The notes under the pieces: generated by a model
Databases searched by the model: none
Seen by the model: the letters and a program-made list of their open reading frames with translations, nothing else
Told to the model about the DNA's origin: nothing
Made by a program: the position numbers and the translations under genes
In this document: positions 29,828 through 39,667 of the stretch, piece by piece
Layout: each line of letters begins with the position of its first letter
How positions within the stretch are numbered: the first letter of the stretch is position 1
IMG/VR virus record: IMGVR_UViG_2627853916_000003
Span: 1-64,000 of that record
DNA from: a virus
Taxonomy: Duplodnaviria; Caudoviricetes
Reading direction: 5' to 3' (one strand)
DNA length: 64,000 nt

Positions 29828-31087
29828 TTAGCCGACCAAGGTGATCTCCGTTCCTGCTGCAATTTCGTCAACAAACCGGATAACACCAGTGTCAGGCACG
29901 ATGGTGTAAGCAAAGTCTTTCGATTGTTGCACGCCTTGTAGGAACACAAGCTTAATCGCACGCTCTGCAAAAGCTGGCGGGATAGCGAATGTGTTCGAGG
30001 TGTTAGGGAAGTGGCTATGGAAAACTTCCATAGGCGAGCCAGTAGCACCGCTATTGATGATGGATTCAAGCTTATCGATGTATTCTTGAAGCTCGGCAAT
30101 GATCGTGCTTGATGTTGCCGATGGCGAACCAAGCGTAATCACCACTTCATCACCCTCCTCAAGTGGCTCGGCCACTTCGACTTCGTTCGTGCCTTTGAGG
30201 AACTGCCAAGCGCTACCTTTGGTCTGCACAATGCCTTGAATGGACATTGAATCCACTTCCGGCACTTCATAAGGCAATGCGATTTTTGTCTCGCCGCCAA
30301 CCGCAATATATGGCCAATGCTCAACCGCTTTGTTGTAGGCCGCGACCGCTTTATCGTGGACTAACTTGATCGCTTTTGCCGTGGCATACAGCTGATCGCT
30401 ATCTACGTTAATCTCACTGGTTGCCGCCCAGTTGTTTACCAAGCCAAGGCCAACTTGAGCTTTGGTTACGTGGTGCGGGTTTTCACGGTCTGCGTAGTGC
30501 GCTTTAGCCTCGGCGCGCATCGCATATTGCTTGTGTGGGTCTGGATGTGAAACGTGACCTTGTAGGTCATAACCGCCTTGCTCACGGTCATCAAAGTTGA
30601 GGTGTTCTTGTTCCAGTTGGGTAGCGGTATCTGGCACGGTGACACGGCACAAAATCAAATGATGATCTTCAACCGATTCCAGTGGCAGCACCTTAACTTC
30701 TGACGCTTCAATCTCTGACGCTAAATCGACTTGTTTTGTCTTTACGCCGTACTTATAGAACGCTTCAAGCACTACGTATGATGTCGCACCCGCCGGAATT
30801 TCCACATCAATATCGTGTTGCTGGCGAACAGTTAGGATGTAGTCGTCACGCTCAACCAGCGCCACGCCAAATTGTTCACCACTGCTCACACGCAGTTTCA
30901 TTCCACCAGCCGGAGCACATTCAAAGCCACGGAAAATACCAGCGCGAACGATGCCGTAGAATTTACGGTTTAGGCTGTTACTGGCCAGTGGCTCTAGGTA
31001 CTGCGTATCGGTGATAAGCGGTAGCGCTTGCCAGTCCGTTAGCAGTGGTGGAATGATGATTGTTTCTTCGAAGTTTGGGCGACTCAT
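29828..31087 (-). CDS. Tail fibre proximal protein (P1 gpS constant-region-like)
   Basis: QYLEP...LNRKFYGIV..G.F.GF as in the P1 S N-terminus. Confidence 0.8.
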   Translation of the reverse strand: MSRPNFEETIIIPPLLTDWQALPLITDTQYLEPLASNSLNRKFYGIVRAGIFRGFECAPAGGMKLRVSSGEQFGVALVERDDYILTVRQQHDIDVEIPAGATSYVVLEAFYKYGVKTKQVDLASEIEASEVKVLPLESVEDHHLILCRVTVPDTATQLEQEHLNFDDREQGGYDLQGHVSHPDPHKQYAMRAEAKAHYADRENPHHVTKAQVGLGLVNNWAATSEINVDSDQLYATAKAIKLVHDKAVAAYNKAVEHWPYIAVGGETKIALPYEVPEVDSMSIQGIVQTKGSAWQFLKGTNEVEVAEPLEEGDEVVITLGSPSATSSTIIAELQEYIDKLESIINSGATGSPMEVFHSHFPNTSNTFAIPPAFAERAIKLVFLQGVQQSKDFAYTIVPDTGVIRFVDEIAAGTEITLVG

Positions 31088-31548
31088 TACGCACCAACCT
31101 GCGCCACTCTAGCGCTATCCGTGCGAGCCGTGTTGATCACGATTTCAATCGATAGGCCACGGTCTGAATAAATCCAAATAGGTTGCGTAACAGCCACCAG
31201 AATTAGGCCGCCGCTTGCATCTTTCACGCCCACGCAAGAGAACTGGTGTTGTTCATCTTCTGCTAGCGTACCCGCTGGTAAGTTTGCCGTGATCACGATG
31301 TTGCCATTCACATAGGCATAGTTGGCCTTAGAACGGTAAAACACGTTTTCAATGGTTTTCTTGTCCAGTGGAATAGGCATGCAGCTAGGCTTGCCCTCAA
31401 TTTCTTGGATAAGGTCAAAACCCCATTCAAGATCGCCAAATTGGAAATAAGGCGGAGTACCATTGGTAGGCAACGACGACAAGGCGCGTTCGTCGTAATA
31501 ACGGTTAAGCAGTTCACACTGCGATAGGACTACTTTTTGTGTAAGCAC
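31087..31548 (-). CDS. Tail fibre attachment protein (P1 gpR-like)
   Basis: Synteny; LLNRYYDERA motif. Confidence 0.7.
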   Translation of the reverse strand: MLTQKVVLSQCELLNRYYDERALSSLPTNGTPPYFQFGDLEWGFDLIQEIEGKPSCMPIPLDKKTIENVFYRSKANYAYVNGNIVITANLPAGTLAEDEQHQFSCVGVKDASGGLILVAVTQPIWIYSDRGLSIEIVINTARTDSARVAQVGA

Positions 31549-31605
31549 CTTTACGACCTCGTATAAGTCGTGGCGCTTTAATGGGACGGGGAATAGGAGT
31601 AGGGA

Positions 31606-32445
31606 TTAATAGTACCGTCTATCAATGGAGATCGCATCCAAGGGGATAGCATCCATTCGAGGTGTACCATACATCGGGCTAACTGGACGTTCTTCCTGTG
31701 TCGTCGTTCCAGTCCGAACAAAGTCCTGTTTATAGCTTGGTGTTGATTCTATATCGGCAGTGACCTGTTTTCCAACCGTAACATGGTCGGAATAGTGGGG
31801 AATTTCCACCATGTCCATGACTTCGAACTCGATTGAGTACAATTGGCCATCTAAAACGATGCGTAGCGGGATAAGTGGATGTACCACTCGTCTGATTTTC
31901 GCCTCAAACGCTCGAATGGCTTCCTCGGTGATACCGTCCTCTCCTGCAATGTCATTCAAAGGGATTCGAATCGCGCCTCGACTGGTCAGGAAAAAGTCAC
32001 TCGGGTTTAGTCCGTTTTGCAGCTCTAACTCTGACTCGGGAACTAAGAACGTGCCGTATGGGAATCGCTCTTGGTCTACTGGTGCATAGATTCGCTCCCA
32101 CTTCACACGTAGCCCTTTAAACTCACGCGCGAGCGTAGAGATAAGCGGGTAGATGGTCTTTTTAAAGTGGATTTCGTCCTTACGCTGCATTACAACGTGT
32201 GGCAAGTCTTCGTCGGCCACTTCACCTAGTGGGAAGATTTTTCGCAGCTCTTTAATATCTTCTAGCAGCGATTCTTTATCCATTTCGTACAGGGACGAAC
32301 GCGCCTTAAGCTTTTCAATGTATGACTCTACGTGCGTCTCGATAGAATCAGCGATGGCGCTTGCCAAATCCACCCAAGCCGTTTCTTTTTGACGCGCCTT
32401 GGTTAGCTGGCCAGATAGCCATTTTCTAAAGTCTCCAAATGCCAT
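31606..32445 (-). CDS. Baseplate protein (P1 gp16-like)
   Basis: QRKDEIHFK motif; follows bplA. Confidence 0.75.
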   Translation of the reverse strand: MAFGDFRKWLSGQLTKARQKETAWVDLASAIADSIETHVESYIEKLKARSSLYEMDKESLLEDIKELRKIFPLGEVADEDLPHVVMQRKDEIHFKKTIYPLISTLAREFKGLRVKWERIYAPVDQERFPYGTFLVPESELELQNGLNPSDFFLTSRGAIRIPLNDIAGEDGITEEAIRAFEAKIRRVVHPLIPLRIVLDGQLYSIEFEVMDMVEIPHYSDHVTVGKQVTADIESTPSYKQDFVRTGTTTQEERPVSPMYGTPRMDAIPLDAISIDRRYY

Positions 32446-32468
32446 GTTTTTCGCCTTGTTGGTCTGAA

Positions 32469-32618
32469 AGTTTTCGCATGCGAAAACTATACAGGATAGT
32501 GTTTCCTAAAGTTCTCGCATGCGAAAACTTTAGGGGATGCCATGTTTTAAAGTTCTCGCATGCGAAAACATCCGTGTTTTCCATGCTCCGTGCGAAAAAG
32601 TTCTCGCATGCGAAAACT
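32469..32618. repeat. parS-like 4-copy array (spacing 41,41,48)
   Basis: Copies at 32469, 32510, 32551, 32599. Confidence 0.9.
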
Positions 32619-32619
32619 T

Positions 32620-34017
32620 CTATGAGTAGTCGTAATTCAGTTGAATTGTTGACGTGCCCACATTCAAGTAGTGGTAAGTATCAATAGGGATACGGTCAAG
32701 AATGCCGACTACCTCAACCTCAAATTCCTTAATGCCTAGTGTCGCGTTGAGGTCTTGGATCACGTCCCAAATTTGGTTTTTGGTAATGCGCTCATTGCGG
32801 CTTGCTTGTTTACCAAATTTCGCATCCAACGCATCGGTCAGTACCTTTGTCGCCCATTCTGGATTTGAACTTGGATAAAGCTTGCCTTTGACCGTTACGG
32901 TAAATGGCACGTCCTTGCGTTCCACCAGCTTATAGCGTTCGTTATAGCCCTCACGGCCAGCGAATAGATCTTGGATTTCCTTATTCAAAATCTCGTCGGT
33001 CTTATCGGCAGAGTAAGCGCTAATAAAGATCGTGTTGATGTTGCGAACGTCCGGCGTTCCTGTGAGTTTTTCCTGTTCCGCTTCGCCCCAAATGGACAAC
33101 CAAGTAACACCCGAAATATTGCGCTTAACAAAGGTCATGTAATCCGAGTCCCACGCAATCTGCTCGTCATAGATTGGCGAGTAAAGGGCGTTGTTTCGGA
33201 TAGATTCAATATCCTCCGGCTCTGCACCACCGATAATGCTGGTGGCGGTTTTGATCGCAAGCTGGTCTTTGTAGGCGCTTTGAATACCCATATCGATGAG
33301 CTCTAAAGGCTGCGCATCGAGTAGGGTAGTTACACCATTAGTCAGCCATAGCTCAAACTCAATTACATCGCCCGTAGCTGGCGCACGACCGTTATTGTTG
33401 TTACCAAAACGAACGCCTAGCTGGTCGGTTGGCTTGTAATATTCCATGTAGGCTTTGGATTTGCCGTCCGTATTACGAAACTTAAAGACGTGCTCCCACA
33501 CCTCACCGTTCACGCGCACAATGATGTTATGAATGCGCTTAGTCAGCGCTTGCGGAAATGCAACGGCTAACCAGTTATGCCCCTCATCGACCGTGTAGGT
33601 CATCTTGGACACTTCGAACTGTTGAACCTCTACGGACGCGCTTTCCTGTGGCATAAGATCTATGGCTTCCATTAGCGTGTAGCGTAATTGGTTGCCAGCA
33701 ACGCATTGGCTGTATTTCGGCAAGGTAACGCGCTTAGTTCCGGTATTGGTCACTAGCGCACGGCCTTTCGATGGCGCTGCTTTTCGACCTACATAGCCCT
33801 CAGTTTCAGCGCCCGCCAAAATGGAAGTGCGCTTAGTCGCTAACGTCAAATAGGACTCTTGCAAAGCACGGCTACTGATCGCTGCCACACGCTCAACAAT
33901 CTTGGCCACAAACAAGCAAAGGTAGTCAACGAACTGCGAACCAATATGACGCGACCACCAGCTTGAGCCAGCAATCGCCTCGTTAAAGGTCTTTTTGATT
34001 TCTTCTAACTTACTCAA
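32620..34017 (-). CDS. bplA: Baseplate wedge J-like protein
   Basis: LGVRFGN and GGAEPEDIESIR, typical of J/gp6-type baseplate proteins. Confidence 0.85.
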   Translation of the reverse strand: MSKLEEIKKTFNEAIAGSSWWSRHIGSQFVDYLCLFVAKIVERVAAISSRALQESYLTLATKRTSILAGAETEGYVGRKAAPSKGRALVTNTGTKRVTLPKYSQCVAGNQLRYTLMEAIDLMPQESASVEVQQFEVSKMTYTVDEGHNWLAVAFPQALTKRIHNIIVRVNGEVWEHVFKFRNTDGKSKAYMEYYKPTDQLGVRFGNNNNGRAPATGDVIEFELWLTNGVTTLLDAQPLELIDMGIQSAYKDQLAIKTATSIIGGAEPEDIESIRNNALYSPIYDEQIAWDSDYMTFVKRNISGVTWLSIWGEAEQEKLTGTPDVRNINTIFISAYSADKTDEILNKEIQDLFAGREGYNERYKLVERKDVPFTVTVKGKLYPSSNPEWATKVLTDALDAKFGKQASRNERITKNQIWDVIQDLNATLGIKEFEVEVVGILDRIPIDTYHYLNVGTSTIQLNYDYS

Positions 34018-34361
34018 AACGTAATACCTCTTTCCAACGTTTGACCGTTCACAACGATCGTCAATTTGTAGGCATCGATACCGCTGACGTTTGGCTCTAC
34101 GGCAATGCCGTGAACCACTGCGCCTTTCACGTCTATTGGGAGGGTTAATAGGATTGAGTTTTCGATAGCTGCTGCTGTGGTTTCGTTTACTGGTTCATGC
34201 TTGTATGCCCCTAATCTGTTGCCCCATTGCGGAGCGCCCCAAACTTGGCCTTGAGGTGTATCGAGCCATTCAGAGACACGCGCAACGATCGCGTGTTTCT
34301 CATCGGCTACTTTTACACCGTCAATATCGACCCGTAGTAAGTAATCAATTTCTTGGCTCAT
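34014..34361 (-). CDS. pmgA: Baseplate gp25/W-like protein
   Basis: EWLDTPQGQVWGAPQWGN; synteny. Confidence 0.75.
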   Translation of the reverse strand: MSQEIDYLLRVDIDGVKVADEKHAIVARVSEWLDTPQGQVWGAPQWGNRLGAYKHEPVNETTAAAIENSILLTLPIDVKGAVVHGIAVEPNVSGIDAYKLTIVVNGQTLERGITF

Positions 34362-34365
34362 TTAT

Positions 34366-37035
34366 CTACTCCATATCAGCGCTTTGACGCTGTAACGAAC
34401 GGTCATCAAAGTTGAGAGGAATAGAGCCACTAGCCTTAGTGGATGACGCTGGCTTGTCTTTGCTTGAGCCACCGCTAGGCGCTGCAAAGATAGTGGTTGG
34501 TTTGGTTGCATCACTGCCGTTAACCGCGCGCCCAATGGCATCCAGTGAATGCTTGCTAAGTTCCACGGTTTGAGGCTTACCGCTCTCTTTGAGGTCTTTC
34601 ATCGCTGCTTGTGCTTGCAGCTCGCTAACTCGCTCATTGCGTTGGATGGATGATTGAGTAGCGACCGTCTTATTCGAGGTGTTTTCGGTATCCACTTTCA
34701 CCACGGATTGAGTGTCCGTTTTCTGCTTACTTAGCTCGGTATTGATGGATGATTCATGGCTGGCTGTGGTCACGCTGTTGGTTTGCGTGTTGTCTGCTGC
34801 CTTGGTTAGAGCGGCTACCGCCTCGGCCTCTTTGCGGCGTTTGATCTCCGCATCGACGGCGGCCACTTGCTCGGCTTTCTTTTCTGGCGAGTAGACTTGG
34901 CCAAGGTCGGGATGCTCGACCATACCGGACATATCCATGCCCGTTTCCTTGGCCACTTTCACACGTTTGTCCTGGCTATCTTGCTTTTCGCTTTTCACGG
35001 CAAGGTAAGCCTCTTTGTAGCTAATGCCTTGCTCGTTGGCCTTTTGCGCCACCTCCTGAGAGGTCACTTGATTTGAGTTTTTCGCATCAAGTTCGCGCAT
35101 GGCTTTCTCATCACCGGACGCTTTAGCCGTGTGGTAGGCTTCGGCACTCTTAAGGTGTTCCTCTTTCTCTGGCTTGGCCTTTTTGTCGCCCTCAATCTCG
35201 CCGCCAAACAGCTTGTAAATACCCTTGGCTAGATCGCCAGAATCAAAGGTCAACGCTTCCTTAGCGCCATCAAAACCGAACGCGCCAAGCGCCGAGCCAA
35301 GCAAACCAGCACCGCCACTGACTAGACCACCCAAATCAAGCACGTTCGCCAATGCCATTGAGCTTTTCTGGCCAGTTGTCGCCTCTTGGCCATCTTTGAG
35401 GTTGAACGTCTCTTTCTGCTTGTCTTTGTCAGTGAATCCGCTAAACGCATCGTAGGCCATTAAGGCCGGAGCAAGGAAAGGGATCGCCTTGCCAGCAACA
35501 GAGCCGATTTTAGACATACCTTTAAAGGCAGCACCCGCCATCGATACGCCCTTGCTGGCCACGTTTGAGGCTTTGCTACCAATGCCTGACATAACCGATT
35601 TGATTCGGCCACGTTTGCCACCCGCTTTACGGCCAGCACGTCCACCAGCACGGCCACGGCGACGTTCAAACATATCGCCAGCTAGGTCTAATAGACCGCC
35701 TTGGCCATCATTCGCCGCCGCTTTGGTTGCTGAAATCAGATCATCAAGCTTATCCAGTACATCATCGAACTGGCGTTCGCGGTCAGCGCTGGATTCATGC
35801 AATACCTCAAGCATGTTTGCTCGGTAGGTTTGCTCTTTGGTGTTTTTGATCTCGCTAGCTGTGCTTATCCGGCTAGAATCGACCCCACCACGATTGACAG
35901 ACACGTTACCCCTAGCACCATCACGGTTAGGTCGATCACTAGGCGTAATTTGCGTTGAATGGCTTGTCTCGAACGAATCTTTTGTCGCTGATAGTTGTTC
36001 ATGGCTAATTGTCTCTATGGCTGTAACGGCCTGACTGTCTGCCTCGGGCGCTTTCTTGCCTCGGGTAAAGAGTCGGCCTAGTTTCGATTCTTTTAGCTTG
36101 TCTTTGGTTGAGGTGGCTTTTTCGGTCACATCATCCAGTGCGTCTTTAGCGTCTTGCCCTAAGTGGTAAAGCTCTTTAGCGGAGTAGAAGAACGAACCAC
36201 CCGCCGCAGCGCCAGCCGCATCGGTCGCATCGTTTTCTTCCTGTAGGAACTCTTTCACGTTATTGATGGCCAGTTGCTTAAGGCTGGTGGCCACCTTGGC
36301 AAAAACGTTCTGGCTTTCCTTTTCCGTGTCGGTTTGCTTTTCAATCTGGCGCTCTAATGCCGTTTGCTGCGCGTTCTTGTAAGCCGATTGCTCTTGCTTA
36401 CTCGCATAGCGGCCATCGGAGCGTCGAAGTTTGCCGTTAGCGTCTTCCCAATAGCCCTCAAACTCTGCCAGTGCGTCAGAGACGGCCTTTTCTAGCTTCT
36501 CTGGCACATCATCAAGTATTGAGGTATCCAAACGCTCAGAATTGGATTCTGGCGCTTCTACATTCACGACAACAGGCGCTTGTTTAACTGGTTCGCGCGC
36601 GACCTCGTTTTTCAGTGTGTCAGCAATAGGCGTAACGGCACTTACAGAGCTGTTTTGCTCGACCGCTTTAGCATCCGGTTTGGCCTGTGTCTCTGCTGGC
36701 TGACTAGGCGCAAATGACAGCTCAATTTCACCTGTTCGCTTGGTCTTGGTTGAGCTGGATTTAGGCGTTTCACTGGTTTGTGATTTTAATCCTTTTTGTG
36801 GATTGTTGCTCGGAATCGCAGAGACGTTAAAAGAGGCATTAGAAACACCCTTAGTCACCGCCTTTTCGATGCCTTTTGTATCTACAGCAAGGACAGCCTT
36901 TTTCTGGTTCGTTGGCAGCGTCTTACCATCGAGTTTACGACTAATCTCAGATAGCACGGCCAGCTCTCTGTCACTGGCTCGCTTCACTGCATCAACAACC
37001 AGCGATAGATCGACCTCTTGTTGATTTTTGTCCAT
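34366..37035 (-). CDS. sit: Tape measure protein (P1 Sit-like)
   Basis: 889 aa, Ala/Gly/Lys-rich; position. Confidence 0.75.
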   Translation of the reverse strand: MDKNQQEVDLSLVVDAVKRASDRELAVLSEISRKLDGKTLPTNQKKAVLAVDTKGIEKAVTKGVSNASFNVSAIPSNNPQKGLKSQTSETPKSSSTKTKRTGEIELSFAPSQPAETQAKPDAKAVEQNSSVSAVTPIADTLKNEVAREPVKQAPVVVNVEAPESNSERLDTSILDDVPEKLEKAVSDALAEFEGYWEDANGKLRRSDGRYASKQEQSAYKNAQQTALERQIEKQTDTEKESQNVFAKVATSLKQLAINNVKEFLQEENDATDAAGAAAGGSFFYSAKELYHLGQDAKDALDDVTEKATSTKDKLKESKLGRLFTRGKKAPEADSQAVTAIETISHEQLSATKDSFETSHSTQITPSDRPNRDGARGNVSVNRGGVDSSRISTASEIKNTKEQTYRANMLEVLHESSADRERQFDDVLDKLDDLISATKAAANDGQGGLLDLAGDMFERRRGRAGGRAGRKAGGKRGRIKSVMSGIGSKASNVASKGVSMAGAAFKGMSKIGSVAGKAIPFLAPALMAYDAFSGFTDKDKQKETFNLKDGQEATTGQKSSMALANVLDLGGLVSGGAGLLGSALGAFGFDGAKEALTFDSGDLAKGIYKLFGGEIEGDKKAKPEKEEHLKSAEAYHTAKASGDEKAMRELDAKNSNQVTSQEVAQKANEQGISYKEAYLAVKSEKQDSQDKRVKVAKETGMDMSGMVEHPDLGQVYSPEKKAEQVAAVDAEIKRRKEAEAVAALTKAADNTQTNSVTTASHESSINTELSKQKTDTQSVVKVDTENTSNKTVATQSSIQRNERVSELQAQAAMKDLKESGKPQTVELSKHSLDAIGRAVNGSDATKPTTIFAAPSGGSSKDKPASSTKASGSIPLNFDDRSLQRQSADME

Positions 37036-37168
37036 TTTTCACCTTGTCTTGGAGCGCTTTATCTAGGCTTATGGCCATCGTTTGAGGCGTTTTGAATACC
37101 GCATCGATAGGTTGGCCACCGTAGATCGTTAAGTTCTCAATCAGTACGTTCCAACCAACGTAATCAAA
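36992..37168 (-). CDS. Probable frameshift extension of the tail assembly chaperone
   Basis: Open +1 frame after TTT TGA at the pmgB end, bridging to the tape measure gene. Confidence 0.5.
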   Translation of the reverse strand, partial: FDYVGWNVLIENLTIYGGQPIDAVFKTPQTMAISLDKALQDKVKNGQKSTRGRSIAGC

Positions 37169-37976
37169 ACGTTGTAATGAAGTCGTTATTCCGAAAGGGT
37201 AAGAGCAACGTTCGAGTTGCTTCACCTCCTTGCTCGATAACTTTCTGGCATTGCGCAATGGTAGCGACTAGGTAATAGCGACCCTCATCGTACTTAGTGA
37301 GTAAGCCGTGACGCGCATTGCGTAGGCACTTTTCAACCTTGGCAAAGGCCACACGAAATTCCGTGTTGAGGTACATCGATTTCAATAGGTCGATTTTCCA
37401 CACTAGAGCATCGTCTTGGTCTTTCGGTTGTTCTTCGAACGTTAGGCAGTAGGCCAGCTCAGTGAGCGCCATGCGGTTAGCTTGTTGCTTCCATTCAGCG
37501 CTGTCCGGTTCGTACTGGTCGCGCTCATTACGAATGTTCTCAAGTTGCTCCGCTTCGTAACCGGTTAGTGGTTTCACGTTCGCAAGGTATGGCTTGCCTT
37601 TCACGCTTAAGGTGATCTCTTGTTTTGGCAATCCATTGAGCGCTTTGGCCGATTCCATTAGCTCGCCCATATTGAGATCGAGATAGTGAGTTTCTTTGCA
37701 GTGCTCGCACTCATAACTAAATGGAATTGTGCCTAGCTCGCTGGTGGACATAAAAATCCACCACAACGCTGCACGGCGATCTTCACCAGTCCATAGGCCG
37801 CTATCACTCATAGGGCGCTTGCTGGTGTCTTGCATGTGGTTCAGATAGCGAGTTGTGTTGGCTTCCTCTTGGTACTCGTTGAGGTCGCAGAACAATAGAG
37901 CGTCTTCCACGGTTGGGACTCGAAACTCAATCACTTCTGAAATGTTACTTGGTAGTGGAAATGATGGAATGTGCAT
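37164..37976 (-). CDS. pmgB: Tail/baseplate assembly chaperone (PmgB-like)
   Basis: FPLPS N-terminus, CEHC motif; upstream of tape measure. Confidence 0.75.
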   Translation of the reverse strand: MHIPSFPLPSNISEVIEFRVPTVEDALLFCDLNEYQEEANTTRYLNHMQDTSKRPMSDSGLWTGEDRRAALWWIFMSTSELGTIPFSYECEHCKETHYLDLNMGELMESAKALNGLPKQEITLSVKGKPYLANVKPLTGYEAEQLENIRNERDQYEPDSAEWKQQANRMALTELAYCLTFEEQPKDQDDALVWKIDLLKSMYLNTEFRVAFAKVEKCLRNARHGLLTKYDEGRYYLVATIAQCQKVIEQGGEATRTLLLPFRNNDFITTF

Positions 37977-38491
37977 TACAGTACCTTGTTACCTACAGAC
38001 ATAAATTTTTGGAGAATGAGCGGGAATGACTGGATCTGGTTGCCGTTTTCGCGTGAAAACATCACGTTGCCAATCTTGGTAGGAAAGACTTGATAGCTCT
38101 TATAGAGTGACTTTTTGCCGTCCTCGTTGAGCGTAAAAATGTTGACCTTAAACACGTACTCTTTAGGGATGTTGAGTGTGCCGTCTTGGTTTCTGACTTT
38201 CTTGATTCGGTTTTCAAACCACTTGGAGATAGTCAGGTTTTGGTCATCACGAACCGTTAGCGTGATTTCGCCAACGCTGCTGTATGTAGGCAGCGCAATA
38301 GAGCCCGAACCGACTTGGAATGAATCCGCATCGATAGAGCCAGCACCAAAATCAATATCCTTTACGTAAATATCAAAGTCCGTTGGCGCGTCCGGCGAGT
38401 CGATTTCTACCGCCCATTGCCAGCCTTGTAGCCACGGCTTATTCATAAAGTTATTGGTCGCGCGTTTGGCGAGCTGCATGTATGGATTCAT
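37976..38491 (-). CDS. tub: Tail tube-like protein (P1 Tub-like)
   Basis: QGWQWAVEI, ITLTVRD, NQDGTLNIP. Confidence 0.8.
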   Translation of the reverse strand: MNPYMQLAKRATNNFMNKPWLQGWQWAVEIDSPDAPTDFDIYVKDIDFGAGSIDADSFQVGSGSIALPTYSSVGEITLTVRDDQNLTISKWFENRIKKVRNQDGTLNIPKEYVFKVNIFTLNEDGKKSLYKSYQVFPTKIGNVMFSRENGNQIQSFPLILQKFMSVGNKVL

Positions 38492-38502
38492 GGCCGCCTC
38501 GC

Positions 38503-39063
38503 TTAGAGCAACGATACTGGTGGAACAATGGCACGGTTCGCGCGCATTGAGTTTTCAATCTCGGCTTTACGTGCGGCTAAGTCAGGTTCGGCAGCAATAT
38601 CGGTCACATCCAACTTGCCAGCGATGGCAATACGGCGTTGACGCTCTGCGTTCGGGATAGTGATCAGCAATTCCAGATAATCGCCAAGCAAGCTAATGCA
38701 CGGCGTTGGAAGCTGGAACGAATCAAACGGCTCATTGAGTACGTTTTGCATGTACATCAATGTCAGTGGGAATGTTTCTACGCCCGTTAATTTCAGTTCA
38801 AGAACGTTGCCCCAAACCTCGCTACGCACATAACGGCCACGGTCATCTTTGACCACCAGCCTTGCAGCAAAGTCGGACGGTAATTCAAACTGATTGTTAT
38901 CGGCTAAGTCGCTTTGGTAGATGCGGGTTTTAGTGGTAAATCCGGCAATCTCTTGGTACTTGGCCAGCGCTTTACGCAATAGGCTTAACAGCGCCTTTTC
39001 GTCGTCGTGTAGCAAGATAGGGAATCTCGCTTTCACGTCTTCGAGTAGTTCAATCGGTGTCAT
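38503..39063 (-). CDS. pmgC: Head-tail adaptor (PmgC-like)
   Basis: MTPIELLEDVKARF...LLRKAL as in P1 PmgC. Confidence 0.8.
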   Translation of the reverse strand: MTPIELLEDVKARFPILLHDDEKALLSLLRKALAKYQEIAGFTTKTRIYQSDLADNNQFELPSDFAARLVVKDDRGRYVRSEVWGNVLELKLTGVETFPLTLMYMQNVLNEPFDSFQLPTPCISLLGDYLELLITIPNAERQRRIAIAGKLDVTDIAAEPDLAARKAEIENSMRANRAIVPPVSLL

Positions 39064-39198
39064 GGCCGCTCCGGTAGTGGCGGCGCATTTTGAGATAGGG
39101 GATAGGCTTGTTGAATCTTAACTCAAAGCGATAGGGCGCGCGATAGGCGATATTGAGTTACCAGATAAGCAAAAACCGCCAGCTAGGGCGGTTTTGAA

Positions 39199-39534
39199 TC
39201 AAACTAACCCTTTAAAGTCTACGCGGTCTATTGCCCGTTTGGCGTAACCAAAAACGGCATTAGGCGATGAAGTGCAATCAAGATATTCAGGGACGTTGAT
39301 TGCACGGTAACAGGCTACATCAAGAAAGTCGTATTCTTCGATTAGTCCGTACTCAGTTAGACGATTAAGCAAGTTGATAGTAGAGATAAGGTTAAGCCCT
39401 GTTTTCTTGCAAATATCCTCTGCATTGAGCCCGAAATACTTACCGTCCCGCAATCTGCCGTGAACCAGTTCTTGCAATAGATTCACTGCCAAAACTTTAA
39501 ACGCTTTTCTTTTAAAGAAGCCAAACATAACCAC
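39199..39534 (-). CDS. Hypothetical, possible winged-HTH
   Basis: AEDICKKTGLNLISTINLLNRLTEYGLI; followed by terminator at about 39171-39195. Confidence 0.55.
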   Translation of the reverse strand: MVMFGFFKRKAFKVLAVNLLQELVHGRLRDGKYFGLNAEDICKKTGLNLISTINLLNRLTEYGLIEEYDFLDVACYRAINVPEYLDCTSSPNAVFGYAKRAIDRVDFKGLV

Positions 39535-39667
39535 TCCTTTCTTTGTTAAATCAAAACTTTATACACCCAATTTTCTACCCAATCCTCGATACAAACTTTG
39601 CTGTAGGTCACTGATTAAAATTTGAGAAAGGAGAAAATCTGCATCGTTTGGAGTCGTAGTTAAGGAA

